Positions 34,436-42,074 of a stretch of 64,000 bases of DNA are shown here, piece after piece; the first letter of the stretch is position 1, and the number at the start of each line of letters is the position of its first letter. The stretch comes from Acutalibacteraceae bacterium (GTDB lineage: Bacteria > Bacillota > Clostridia > Oscillospirales > Acutalibacteraceae). Position numbers and translations under genes: made by a program. The stretch lies in the NCBI GenBank assembly GCA_045658165.1, contig JAZOUN010000115.1:1907-65906 (forward strand), given 5' to 3'. Under the pieces are notes generated by a model. The model made no database searches. It had not been told where the DNA came from and was given only the letters and a program-made list of their open reading frames with translations.

Positions 34436-35344
34436 TTATTTCATAAGGTCATTTGCAACAGCCCAGTTGTGGAATGACTTGAGTGACTGGAGTCTGCCTG
34501 CTGAAAGTTTAACATCGTATCTGTTGATGGGTCTGAAGTTCTTTACGCCCTGAAGCTGAACAAGATACTTTGCTGAAACGTTGAAACCTGAATCGATCGC
34601 ACAGTCAAGGAGAGTGATTTCGTTGTATCTCTGCTCTGCAAGAGCCATGTCACCGCTCATGAATGCTTCGTGGAATCTCTGGAAGAATGCACCGCCGCAA
34701 GCTGTGGGTGTAGCCATAACACCTCTTGCACCTGCTTTGTAAGCTTCAAAAAGGAAAGGCATGTTAGCCTGAATAATACAAGAATCGCCCTTTGCTTCAA
34801 TCTTGGGAACAATACCTTCCATTGTACATGTTGTATCCTTTATACCCATAATGCCGCATTCTTTTACGATTCTGCCGTATACTTCACCTGAAATGAGGTG
34901 AGGCTGGAAACCGGGGAATTCATACATAAATACGGGAAGGTCTGTATACTGACAGAGTTCACCGATATAGTTTACAAGTCTGTCTTCGTTGAATTCGCCG
35001 CCGAAGCCCTTTGTTGTGAAAACGATACCGTCAACACCTGTCTGAGACATTCTTTTGACTTCTTCAACCTGTGCAAACCATGAGGGTTCAATGTTTGCTG
35101 ATGCAACGATTGTTGTATCGCCCTTGTGCTTAGCAGTAACAGTTGCGAGCTGAAGTCTTTCTTCAAGTGTAAGTGCTGTCATTTCTGAACTGCCGCATAC
35201 AGCAAAAAGATGTTCAACGCCCTGTGCTACCTGCCAGTCACAGTATTCTTCATAAGTTGCCCAGTCAATTGTCTTATCCTCATTGTAGGGAGTGAGCATA
35301 AGAGAAAAAATACCAGTGGGATTTTCTCTGAGTGGCTTTGCCAT
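34436..35344 (-). CDS. dihydrodipicolinate synthase/N-acetylneuraminate lyase family protein
   Basis: 302 aa class I aldolase layout (GSSEM...; Schiff-base Lys region GIKDTT). Confidence 0.75.
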   Translation of the reverse strand: MAKPLRENPTGIFSLMLTPYNEDKTIDWATYEEYCDWQVAQGVEHLFAVCGSSEMTALTLEERLQLATVTAKHKGDTTIVASANIEPSWFAQVEEVKRMSQTGVDGIVFTTKGFGGEFNEDRLVNYIGELCQYTDLPVFMYEFPGFQPHLISGEVYGRIVKECGIMGIKDTTCTMEGIVPKIEAKGDSCIIQANMPFLFEAYKAGARGVMATPTACGGAFFQRFHEAFMSGDMALAEQRYNEITLLDCAIDSGFNVSAKYLVQLQGVKNFRPINRYDVKLSAGRLQSLKSFHNWAVANDLMK

Positions 35345-35457
35345 TTATACCATATCCTTTCGGAACTAAAATTTTCTGTAAAAATTATACTTCAATAATA
35401 TTCATTTGTCAAACATTTTGATGAATTTTACAAAAAAAACTATTCCTGATTCTGCTG

Positions 35458-35901
35458 TTATTCGCTGTAGGGATTTATAAAATCATCAACCGACGGATTG
35501 GGGTTGTTTCCGTTTTTACCCATTTCAAAACGATAGATTTCCTTTTTGGAAATATCAATAAAAGGAATTATAATGGGCGGCACCCCTGCATTTGATGTAA
35601 GAGTTGTTACAAATGATCTTACATAAGGGAAAAGGTCGTTGTATGTTTCAACATGAAGAACTTCCTTTGCGGTACCCTCTTTGAATCTGAAAATTCCTGT
35701 TGCGGTTACAATAATTTTAAATTCATCAGGATTTGATTTATCAGTGATTTTTGCAGTAAACTCACCTATACATGTATTCTGATTGGAATATTTCACATTA
35801 TATGAATAACCGAAACCGAGTTCAATTTTTTTACTTTCCTTTATATCGTTCACAAAATCGGCTTTTGTGACTTTGAATGTGCCGAGTGTTGCATTTACCA
35901 T
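35458..35901 (-). CDS. SecB-like chaperone family protein
   Basis: ORF track gives 35458..35937. The ATG at 35901 has a strong SD (AAGGAG, 9-nt spacing) and lies 4 nt after the stop of the DUF45 gene. The C-terminal segment LFPYVRSFVTTLTSNAGVPPIIIPFIDI resembles the conserved SecB segment (LFPYARE...G.PP..L.P.NF). Confidence 0.6.
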   Translation of the reverse strand: MVNATLGTFKVTKADFVNDIKESKKIELGFGYSYNVKYSNQNTCIGEFTAKITDKSNPDEFKIIVTATGIFRFKEGTAKEVLHVETYNDLFPYVRSFVTTLTSNAGVPPIIIPFIDISKKEIYRFEMGKNGNNPNPSVDDFINPYSE

Positions 35902-35905
35902 TGAA

Positions 35906-36451
35906 TTAATCTCCTTTATGTTTAAGAATTTTTTCATGCCTTTTGTAGTCAGGCATGAATTCTTTTATATACATATAAAAATTCTGCGAATGATTCTTGT
36001 GTATAATATGCGCCAATTCATGAAGAATAACATAATCCACTGTTTCAGGCGGATATGCCATAAGACGGTAAGAAAAACAGATTCCGTTTTTTCCGTTACA
36101 GCTGCCGTACCGTTTTTCTGCCGATGTAATGTGAACATAAGAAGGCACAAGTCCTGTTATTTCACTCCAGTATTTAACCCGTCCGGGCAGATATTCTTCT
36201 GCTCTTTTTTTATATTCAGCCTTATCCTCCGGAGCTACAGCATAGCTGTCTGCAAGGCTTTTTCTTTTTTCGGCTTTCAGAAGTGCATTTTCTATCCACT
36301 TTGCATTTTTTTCAACAAAAGCATCAATAATCCGGACATTGCACTTTTCAGGAGCACGGACAACAACTGTGCAATCCCTTTTTACTTCAATTGCAATTGT
36401 TTTTCTTTTTGATCTTATCAGCTGATAATCTTGAGTTTTTTTTGTATTCAT
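35906..36451 (-). CDS. YgjP-like (DUF45/M48-type) zinc metallohydrolase
   Basis: 181 aa with HELAHIIHKNH (HExxH) near the C-terminus. Overall layout is typical of DUF45. Confidence 0.8.
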   Translation of the reverse strand: MNTKKTQDYQLIRSKRKTIAIEVKRDCTVVVRAPEKCNVRIIDAFVEKNAKWIENALLKAEKRKSLADSYAVAPEDKAEYKKRAEEYLPGRVKYWSEITGLVPSYVHITSAEKRYGSCNGKNGICFSYRLMAYPPETVDYVILHELAHIIHKNHSQNFYMYIKEFMPDYKRHEKILKHKGD

Positions 36452-36478
36452 GTTAATATAATTCCGGATGTGATAAAT

Positions 36479-36673
36479 ATGATTAAAAAGAATAAAATTG
36501 TATCAAACTGCGAAAGTTGTGAAAACTATATCTATGATGAGCAGTATGATTCATATTACTGCGATATGAACCTTGACGAAGATGAAATGATGCACTTTCT
36601 GACAGGTTCTTTCGGCAACTGTCCCTATTACCGTGACAATGACGAATACCGCATAGTGAGAAAACAGAATTAA
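36479..36673 (+). CDS. small Cys-rich hypothetical protein
   Basis: Start taken at MIKKNK. Motifs CESCENY...YYCD and GNCPYY. Function unknown. Confidence 0.5.
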   Translation: MIKKNKIVSNCESCENYIYDEQYDSYYCDMNLDEDEMMHFLTGSFGNCPYYRDNDEYRIVRKQN

Positions 36674-36885
36674 AGACTGAAATCTTCCTGAGTAAAATCA
36701 GTATTCAGTTTAACCGTTTCAGGTGTGCGTTTAAGCGGATCGTATCTGAACTTTCTGCAAAAAGAATCAGGCATCATTACGCCTTTTTTCACACACAGCA
36801 CCGAATTTCCGTCGGGAGCGACGACACCTGTTTCACAGTAAAGACATTTCGGTGAAATGTTATCTGCGTATATTGTTTTTTTCAT
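36670..36885 (-). CDS. small Cys-containing hypothetical protein
   Basis: 71 aa with CLYCE...LCV...FCRKF. It is convergent with the previous gene and shares its stop region. Confidence 0.5.
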   Translation of the reverse strand: MKKTIYADNISPKCLYCETGVVAPDGNSVLCVKKGVMMPDSFCRKFRYDPLKRTPETVKLNTDFTQEDFSL

Positions 36886-36978
36886 AAAATAACACCTTCT
36901 TACTGCTCATTTTACAATAACAGACCAAAAGTGTCAATACGGGGTGTGATTTTCATTATCAGTTATATTGTGAAAGAA

Positions 36979-37872
36979 ATGCTGAAAAAAACTGAATTTT
37001 CAGAAGATGTTTCAGCTGAAAAACTGATTATACTTATAACTGCCGAAGAATTCAGTGAAAAAATAACCAATGTTCCCCACAAAAAAACAATAATGAGCTT
37101 TCTTGAACAACCCGAATACACAAAAGCTCAGCTTTTCGGTGCCTGCATTGCAGGTACCGCTTGTATTCCCGAAAAAGACAAAAATACACGGTCCCGAATC
37201 TGTATAGGTTTCTATATAACCGACAACAGACTTTTTCTCATCGGAGATGAAAAAAACACAATCCCACTTCTGGGAAGAATGAAAGAAACCCAGTTTCAGA
37301 AAGATATTACTTTGTGCGGACTTTTCTGCAGATTACTCAATCTCTGGATTGATGAAGACATAAGGTATCTGCAGAAGACAGAAAATGAACTGATAAAACT
37401 TGAAGAAACACTGTCTGAGGGTATCCGGATGAATTTTGACGATGAAATACGGCCGCTGAGAAGAAACATGACAATCTTTCAGTCCTATTATTACCAGCTT
37501 ATAAACCTGGGAATGACATTCAGATCAAACATCAATCAGATGCTCAGTGAAGAAGATTGTCTTAACTTTACGTATTTTACAAGCAGAGCCGAAAGGCTTC
37601 ATGTTCAGGTACAGGCGCTGAAAGATTACATTGTTCAGATACGGGAATCATATCAGACCGATATCGCACTCAAACAAAGCCGTACCGTGAATTTTCTTAC
37701 GGTAATGTCTGCAGTTTTTCTGCCTCTTACTTTGCTTACAGGCTGGTACGGTATGAATTTCCGCTATATGCCCGAGCTTTCAAGCCCTTTTGGGTATCCT
37801 GCAATCATTGCGGCAGCAATAATTATTGTGGTAATTGAGATAACGATTTTCAGAAAAAAGAATTTTTTGTAA
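36979..37872 (+). CDS. corA: CorA family divalent-cation transporter
   Basis: C-terminal 2 TM segments with the GWYGMNF (GMN) motif. Start taken at MLKKTEF; uncertain. Confidence 0.8.
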   Translation: MLKKTEFSEDVSAEKLIILITAEEFSEKITNVPHKKTIMSFLEQPEYTKAQLFGACIAGTACIPEKDKNTRSRICIGFYITDNRLFLIGDEKNTIPLLGRMKETQFQKDITLCGLFCRLLNLWIDEDIRYLQKTENELIKLEETLSEGIRMNFDDEIRPLRRNMTIFQSYYYQLINLGMTFRSNINQMLSEEDCLNFTYFTSRAERLHVQVQALKDYIVQIRESYQTDIALKQSRTVNFLTVMSAVFLPLTLLTGWYGMNFRYMPELSSPFGYPAIIAAAIIIVVIEITIFRKKNFL

Positions 37873-37899
37873 GGAGCTGTGTTTACGCAGCTCCTTTTT
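37871..37899 (+). terminator. intrinsic terminator
   Basis: aggagctg (37872-37879) pairs with cagctcct (37888-37895). T5 follows. Confidence 0.7.
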
Positions 37900-38007
37900 C
37901 AGAGGGCAGGAAAAAATGTGCAGAAACATAAAAGCATTGTTTTTATATGATTTTTCATGCTTTATGAACTCTGCACTTTTTTCACATTCCCGTTTCTGTT
38001 GCTCCCG

Positions 38008-38214
38008 TCACCTGTCAAGCTCATCTTCAATAAAATATGCAAGATGACTTTCCTCAAGCTGTTCACGGTTAAGTCTTTCAACCATTTCTTCAACAGTTTT
38101 TCTGTCTGTCGAAACATCTTCAAAAACTGCATTTGCACATTTTATTCCGAAAGTCTGAAAAGACTGCCCGTCTGCAACAGCATGAGACTGAACAACATGG
38201 TAGCTCCGATTCAA
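38008..38214 (-). CDS. small hypothetical protein
   Basis: 68 aa. SD (AAAAGGAGGAA) is upstream on the - strand. No motif recognised. Confidence 0.5.
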   Translation of the reverse strand: MNRSYHVVQSHAVADGQSFQTFGIKCANAVFEDVSTDRKTVEEMVERLNREQLEESHLAYFIEDELDR

Positions 38215-38491
38215 AAAATTCCTCCTTTTCCGGCTTATTTACATCGCCTCAAAAATAATACACTTTTTGACAAAAGTTTACAATTGATAACTTTTACAAA
38301 GAAAAATCCGACTGATTTTATTGCAAAATTGTCAAAATATGTCAAGATTTGAAATTTCGTCTGTTTTTTCATTTTTTACGATACATGGTGCCGAAAATTT
38401 TATTTTTCAGTATACTACGTATAAAATTCCCCTTAATGTTCAAATTTTCCGTTGAAAATTTTTTTGATTTTTGGCAAAAAATGGCTCAAAT

Positions 38492-38520
38492 TTGACAAAA
38501 AATGAATTTTGAGGTATAAT
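38492..38520 (+). promoter_or_regulatory. sigma-A promoter
   Basis: TTGACA (38492-38497), 17-nt spacer, TATAAT (38515-38520). Confidence 0.6.
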
Positions 38521-38543
38521 TACACGAAAAGGAGGGAGCATTT

Positions 38544-39632
38544 ATGAATATTATAAAAAAAATAACCTGCTTATTTTTTTCTCTGATTCTTCTTGTTTCA
38601 GGTTCGGTATTCTCACTTGCATATACGACAGACGATGTTGTTTATGCTGCTCTCGAGTTAATTTATAAAAATGAGGGTGTATACACATCAATCCTTGTCA
38701 ATGACAACGGCGCTGTAAGTCTCGGCCGTATCGGCTGGCACGCCACAAGAGCACTGACGATTCTTCAGTCAATTGTTGAAAAAAATGAAATACAGGCAAA
38801 AGAAATTCTCGGCAATACCTTATATAATGAAATAAAAACTGCAACTTCCTGGAACACACGCATCTTCACTCAGGAAGAAAAAACAGTTGTTTCAAAATTA
38901 CTTGCAACAGATGAAAGCAAAGCCGTTCAGGATTACTATGCATATTCAGATATAAAAGGTTATATCCTCACAGGTATGGGTATGGGCTTACTCGACGGTA
39001 AAGTTCTTGTTTATTTTGCAGACCTCAATAATCAGATGGGGCAAGGCGGTGTAAAGCGTGTTGCAAATGCGGCAATTGCAACTGCAGGTTCTGCGGACAA
39101 AGTTACTCTCCAGACAATGTACAATGCCGCAATGGCAGATAAAGTTGCAAAAAACAGCCCTAAACGAAGAAAATCCGCATTTGATTACTGTAACTCACTG
39201 CAGTTTGATTCAAACGGTGTTGTAAATGTTTTTGAACCGGGTAAATATTCAGTCACTGCAAGTGCACTCAATGTAAGAACCGGTCCGGGAACATCATATT
39301 CAAAATTCAGTACGGCAATCCCCTACGGCAAGGAAGTTGAAGTAATTGAAGTCTCAGGTGAATGGGGCAAAATTACATATAACGGAAAAACAGGCTGGAT
39401 AAATCTTTTTTATGCACAGCTTGTTGAGACTGCCGTAAACCCCAACCTCTTCCCTGATGTAAACAGCAACGGTCAGGTTGACGCTCAGGATGCAAGACTT
39501 ACATTAAGATTTTCGGCAGGTCTTGATAAATTCACCGAAAAACAGAAAAAAACAGCGGATGTTGATTCAAACGGTGAAATCACGGCATCTGACGCAAGAA
39601 CAATTCTGCGTATTTCTGCAGGTTTAAACTAA
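38544..39632 (+). CDS. secreted protein: lysozyme/chitosanase-like N-domain, SH3b domain, C-terminal dockerin
   Basis: Four parts:
- signal peptide
- E-x11-D-x-G pattern (KNEGVYTSILVNDNGAVSLGRIGW), reminiscent of GH46-like folds (tentative)
- SH3b (LNVRTGPGTSYSK...GWINLFY)
- dockerin duplicated calcium loops (DVNSNGQVDAQDARLTLRFSAGL / DVDSNGEITASDARTILRISAGL). Confidence 0.75.
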   Translation: MNIIKKITCLFFSLILLVSGSVFSLAYTTDDVVYAALELIYKNEGVYTSILVNDNGAVSLGRIGWHATRALTILQSIVEKNEIQAKEILGNTLYNEIKTATSWNTRIFTQEEKTVVSKLLATDESKAVQDYYAYSDIKGYILTGMGMGLLDGKVLVYFADLNNQMGQGGVKRVANAAIATAGSADKVTLQTMYNAAMADKVAKNSPKRRKSAFDYCNSLQFDSNGVVNVFEPGKYSVTASALNVRTGPGTSYSKFSTAIPYGKEVEVIEVSGEWGKITYNGKTGWINLFYAQLVETAVNPNLFPDVNSNGQVDAQDARLTLRFSAGLDKFTEKQKKTADVDSNGEITASDARTILRISAGLN

Positions 39633-39653
39633 TTTTATATTGAAGGTTTTTTT

Positions 39654-40928
39654 ATGAATATTTTTGACAGACTTCCCGAATTCGCAAATTTCAGCAACAG
39701 CACAGAATACAACTGCGGGGACAATACCTTTATGCGCATTTTTGCACCCTGCGATGAAAAAACATTTTCAGAATACAAAAATCTTTTAGAAAAGTCCGGT
39801 TTTGTTGTGTCCCAGGGGCACAACATTGCCGGAAATATTCATTTTACATTAAAAGGCAACGGTCTTACACTGCAGTATTACTTCAATCCCTGCAGTCAGT
39901 CTGCCCGTCTTATAGCAGACAGCTTTACTGCTCCCGTAGCCATTGAAGAAGCTGAATATCAGAAAGTGTGCAACACAGAAATTTATCAGTTTGAAACAGA
40001 CCACAGCCTTATTGACTGCGGAATGTGTTACATAATCCGTTGTGCTGACAACAGCTTTTTTGTTATTGACAGCGCACATTTCTATTCTGTCCACGATAAT
40101 GACAGAATCCATGATTTCCTGCGTTCAATGACTCCCGAAGGAGAAAAAATACGCATCTCAGGTTGGTTCCTCAGCCACGGTCATGATGACCATATCTGCA
40201 AATGTACCGACTATCTGCTTTATAATATGGCAGATACTGAAATTGAAAGATTTTATTACAACTTTGTTGATGACAAACATCGCGACAATGCAAACTGGGA
40301 CGGCGCCGGCAAAGGTTTCAGAAAAAGTTTCTTCAAAGCAGTAAAAGAAAGCGGTATTCCCGTTGTAAAACTCCATACAGGTCAGCATTTCTATGTCAGA
40401 AATCTTGAATTTGAAGTTCTTTGCACTCATGAGGATGTGTGGCCCGCACCGTGTGTCGATTACAACAACTCATCAACCGTACTCATGATGTATGCAGAAA
40501 ATACAAAGGTGCTTTTCCCCGGTGATGCAAGTGCTGAATCAAGCAAAATTCTTGAAGTCAGATACGCCGGACATCTCAGATGTGATATTCTTCAGCTTTC
40601 TCATCACGGTCATCACGGTACATCTGCAAAATTCTATGAATTTGCTGCAGCTCCCGTTGTTCTTTGTCCCAATACTGAAATAAAATATAACGAAGAAAGA
40701 CATATTCCCGCAAACAAAGTCGCTGAAGCTTTTGCAAAGGAATTTTATATTTCGGCAAACGGCACAGTAAAACTGACTTTGCCTTATGAAAAAGGCTCGG
40801 CTGAAATTTTCCCTGACGAAACAACAGAGAATTTCGACGGCATAAAAGCATTGTGGAATTATGAATATACAGATGAGTTCAAACAAAAACACAATGAAGA
40901 ATTTATAAAAAGAGGCGGAAAATTATGA
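39654..40928 (+). CDS. MBL-fold metallo-hydrolase
   Basis: 424 aa with HGHDDH and SHHGHHG motifs. Confidence 0.8.
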   Translation: MNIFDRLPEFANFSNSTEYNCGDNTFMRIFAPCDEKTFSEYKNLLEKSGFVVSQGHNIAGNIHFTLKGNGLTLQYYFNPCSQSARLIADSFTAPVAIEEAEYQKVCNTEIYQFETDHSLIDCGMCYIIRCADNSFFVIDSAHFYSVHDNDRIHDFLRSMTPEGEKIRISGWFLSHGHDDHICKCTDYLLYNMADTEIERFYYNFVDDKHRDNANWDGAGKGFRKSFFKAVKESGIPVVKLHTGQHFYVRNLEFEVLCTHEDVWPAPCVDYNNSSTVLMMYAENTKVLFPGDASAESSKILEVRYAGHLRCDILQLSHHGHHGTSAKFYEFAAAPVVLCPNTEIKYNEERHIPANKVAEAFAKEFYISANGTVKLTLPYEKGSAEIFPDETTENFDGIKALWNYEYTDEFKQKHNEEFIKRGGKL

Positions 40929-41998
40929 TGTTTTTATTTTTTGGCCTTTTCGTTCTTCTGTGCCTTTATAAAGTTCAGCTGAAACCTGCAAACGGTGAAA
41001 AATATATGACCGATTACATGTCCGTTGATAAAACAATGTCAATCAAGGGAATTTTTATCCTGATTGTATTTTTCAGCCATTTCAACAGTTATGTTACATT
41101 CTCTTCACCGGTTGAATCGTTTTATGTAAAGATTTTTCAGTATATCGGACAGGCAATGGTCACATTGTTCCTTTTCTATTCCGGTTACGGTGTAATGGAA
41201 TCGATAAAGAAAAAGGGAATGAACTATATCAATAAAATTCCCGTAACAAGAATCCTCGGCACATATTTCAGATTTGACATTGCAGTTCTCATTTTCATTA
41301 TTGTGCAGACAATTCTCGGAAAAACATTCCCCGTTTCACAGTATCTGCTGTCATTCACAGGCTGGGATGCGGTGGGTAACAGTAACTGGTATATTTTTGC
41401 TGTTGTTGTGGCGTATCTTATCACATTTATTGCTTTTGAAATATGCCGTGACAAGGGCAACTATTATCCTGCCGCTGTGCTTGTTACAATCGGATGTCTT
41501 GCTTACATTTTCATTCTTTTCTTTTTTGATCTTAAAGACAGTTATTGGTTTGATACAATTCTGTGTTACGCTTGCGGTATATGGTACTCACTTCTGAGAG
41601 AGAAAATTGAAAAAATCATAAATCACAATATTCTGATTTATATAATCACATTCATCGCAACAGCCGCAGGAACTGCTTATTTCACAATGAACAGATCATC
41701 AGGTTTCATATATAATGAGCTGAACATGCTGTTCTTTACTGCATTTGTTGTGGTTCTTACAATGAGAGTATCTTTCCACAACAAAATTCTCATGTGGTGC
41801 GGCAAAAATCTGTTCGGACTTTACATTATGCAGCGAATTCCCATGATAATTTTCAAGGCACTCGGTGTTGCGGATTTCAATGTTTATGTTTACTTTATTC
41901 TTTGTCTTGTTGTCACAGTTCCCGTTGCATGGGCATTTGAAAAATACACGGGCAAACTGTGGAAAATAATCAGTACTCCAAAGAAGAAATCTGCCTGA
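40925..41998 (+). CDS. acyltransferase family 3 membrane protein
   Basis: 357 aa and polytopic. 4-nt overlap with the MBL gene. Confidence 0.75.
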   Translation: MMFLFFGLFVLLCLYKVQLKPANGEKYMTDYMSVDKTMSIKGIFILIVFFSHFNSYVTFSSPVESFYVKIFQYIGQAMVTLFLFYSGYGVMESIKKKGMNYINKIPVTRILGTYFRFDIAVLIFIIVQTILGKTFPVSQYLLSFTGWDAVGNSNWYIFAVVVAYLITFIAFEICRDKGNYYPAAVLVTIGCLAYIFILFFFDLKDSYWFDTILCYACGIWYSLLREKIEKIINHNILIYIITFIATAAGTAYFTMNRSSGFIYNELNMLFFTAFVVVLTMRVSFHNKILMWCGKNLFGLYIMQRIPMIIFKALGVADFNVYVYFILCLVVTVPVAWAFEKYTGKLWKIISTPKKKSA

Positions 41999-42074
41999 TT
42001 TTGTATTGACTTTTTATTTATTTTATTTTATTATTAGTATATATATCCACGACTATATCAGGAGGTTGTGCAAA

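Noticed and set aside
38215-38491. AT-rich 330-nt intergenic region with the imperfect inverted repeat TTTGACAAAAGT-N12-ACTTTTACAAA, considered as an sRNA or operator.
   Set aside because: It sits between divergent promoters, its arms are imperfect, there is no terminator and no second copy. The evidence is insufficient beyond ordinary promoter architecture.
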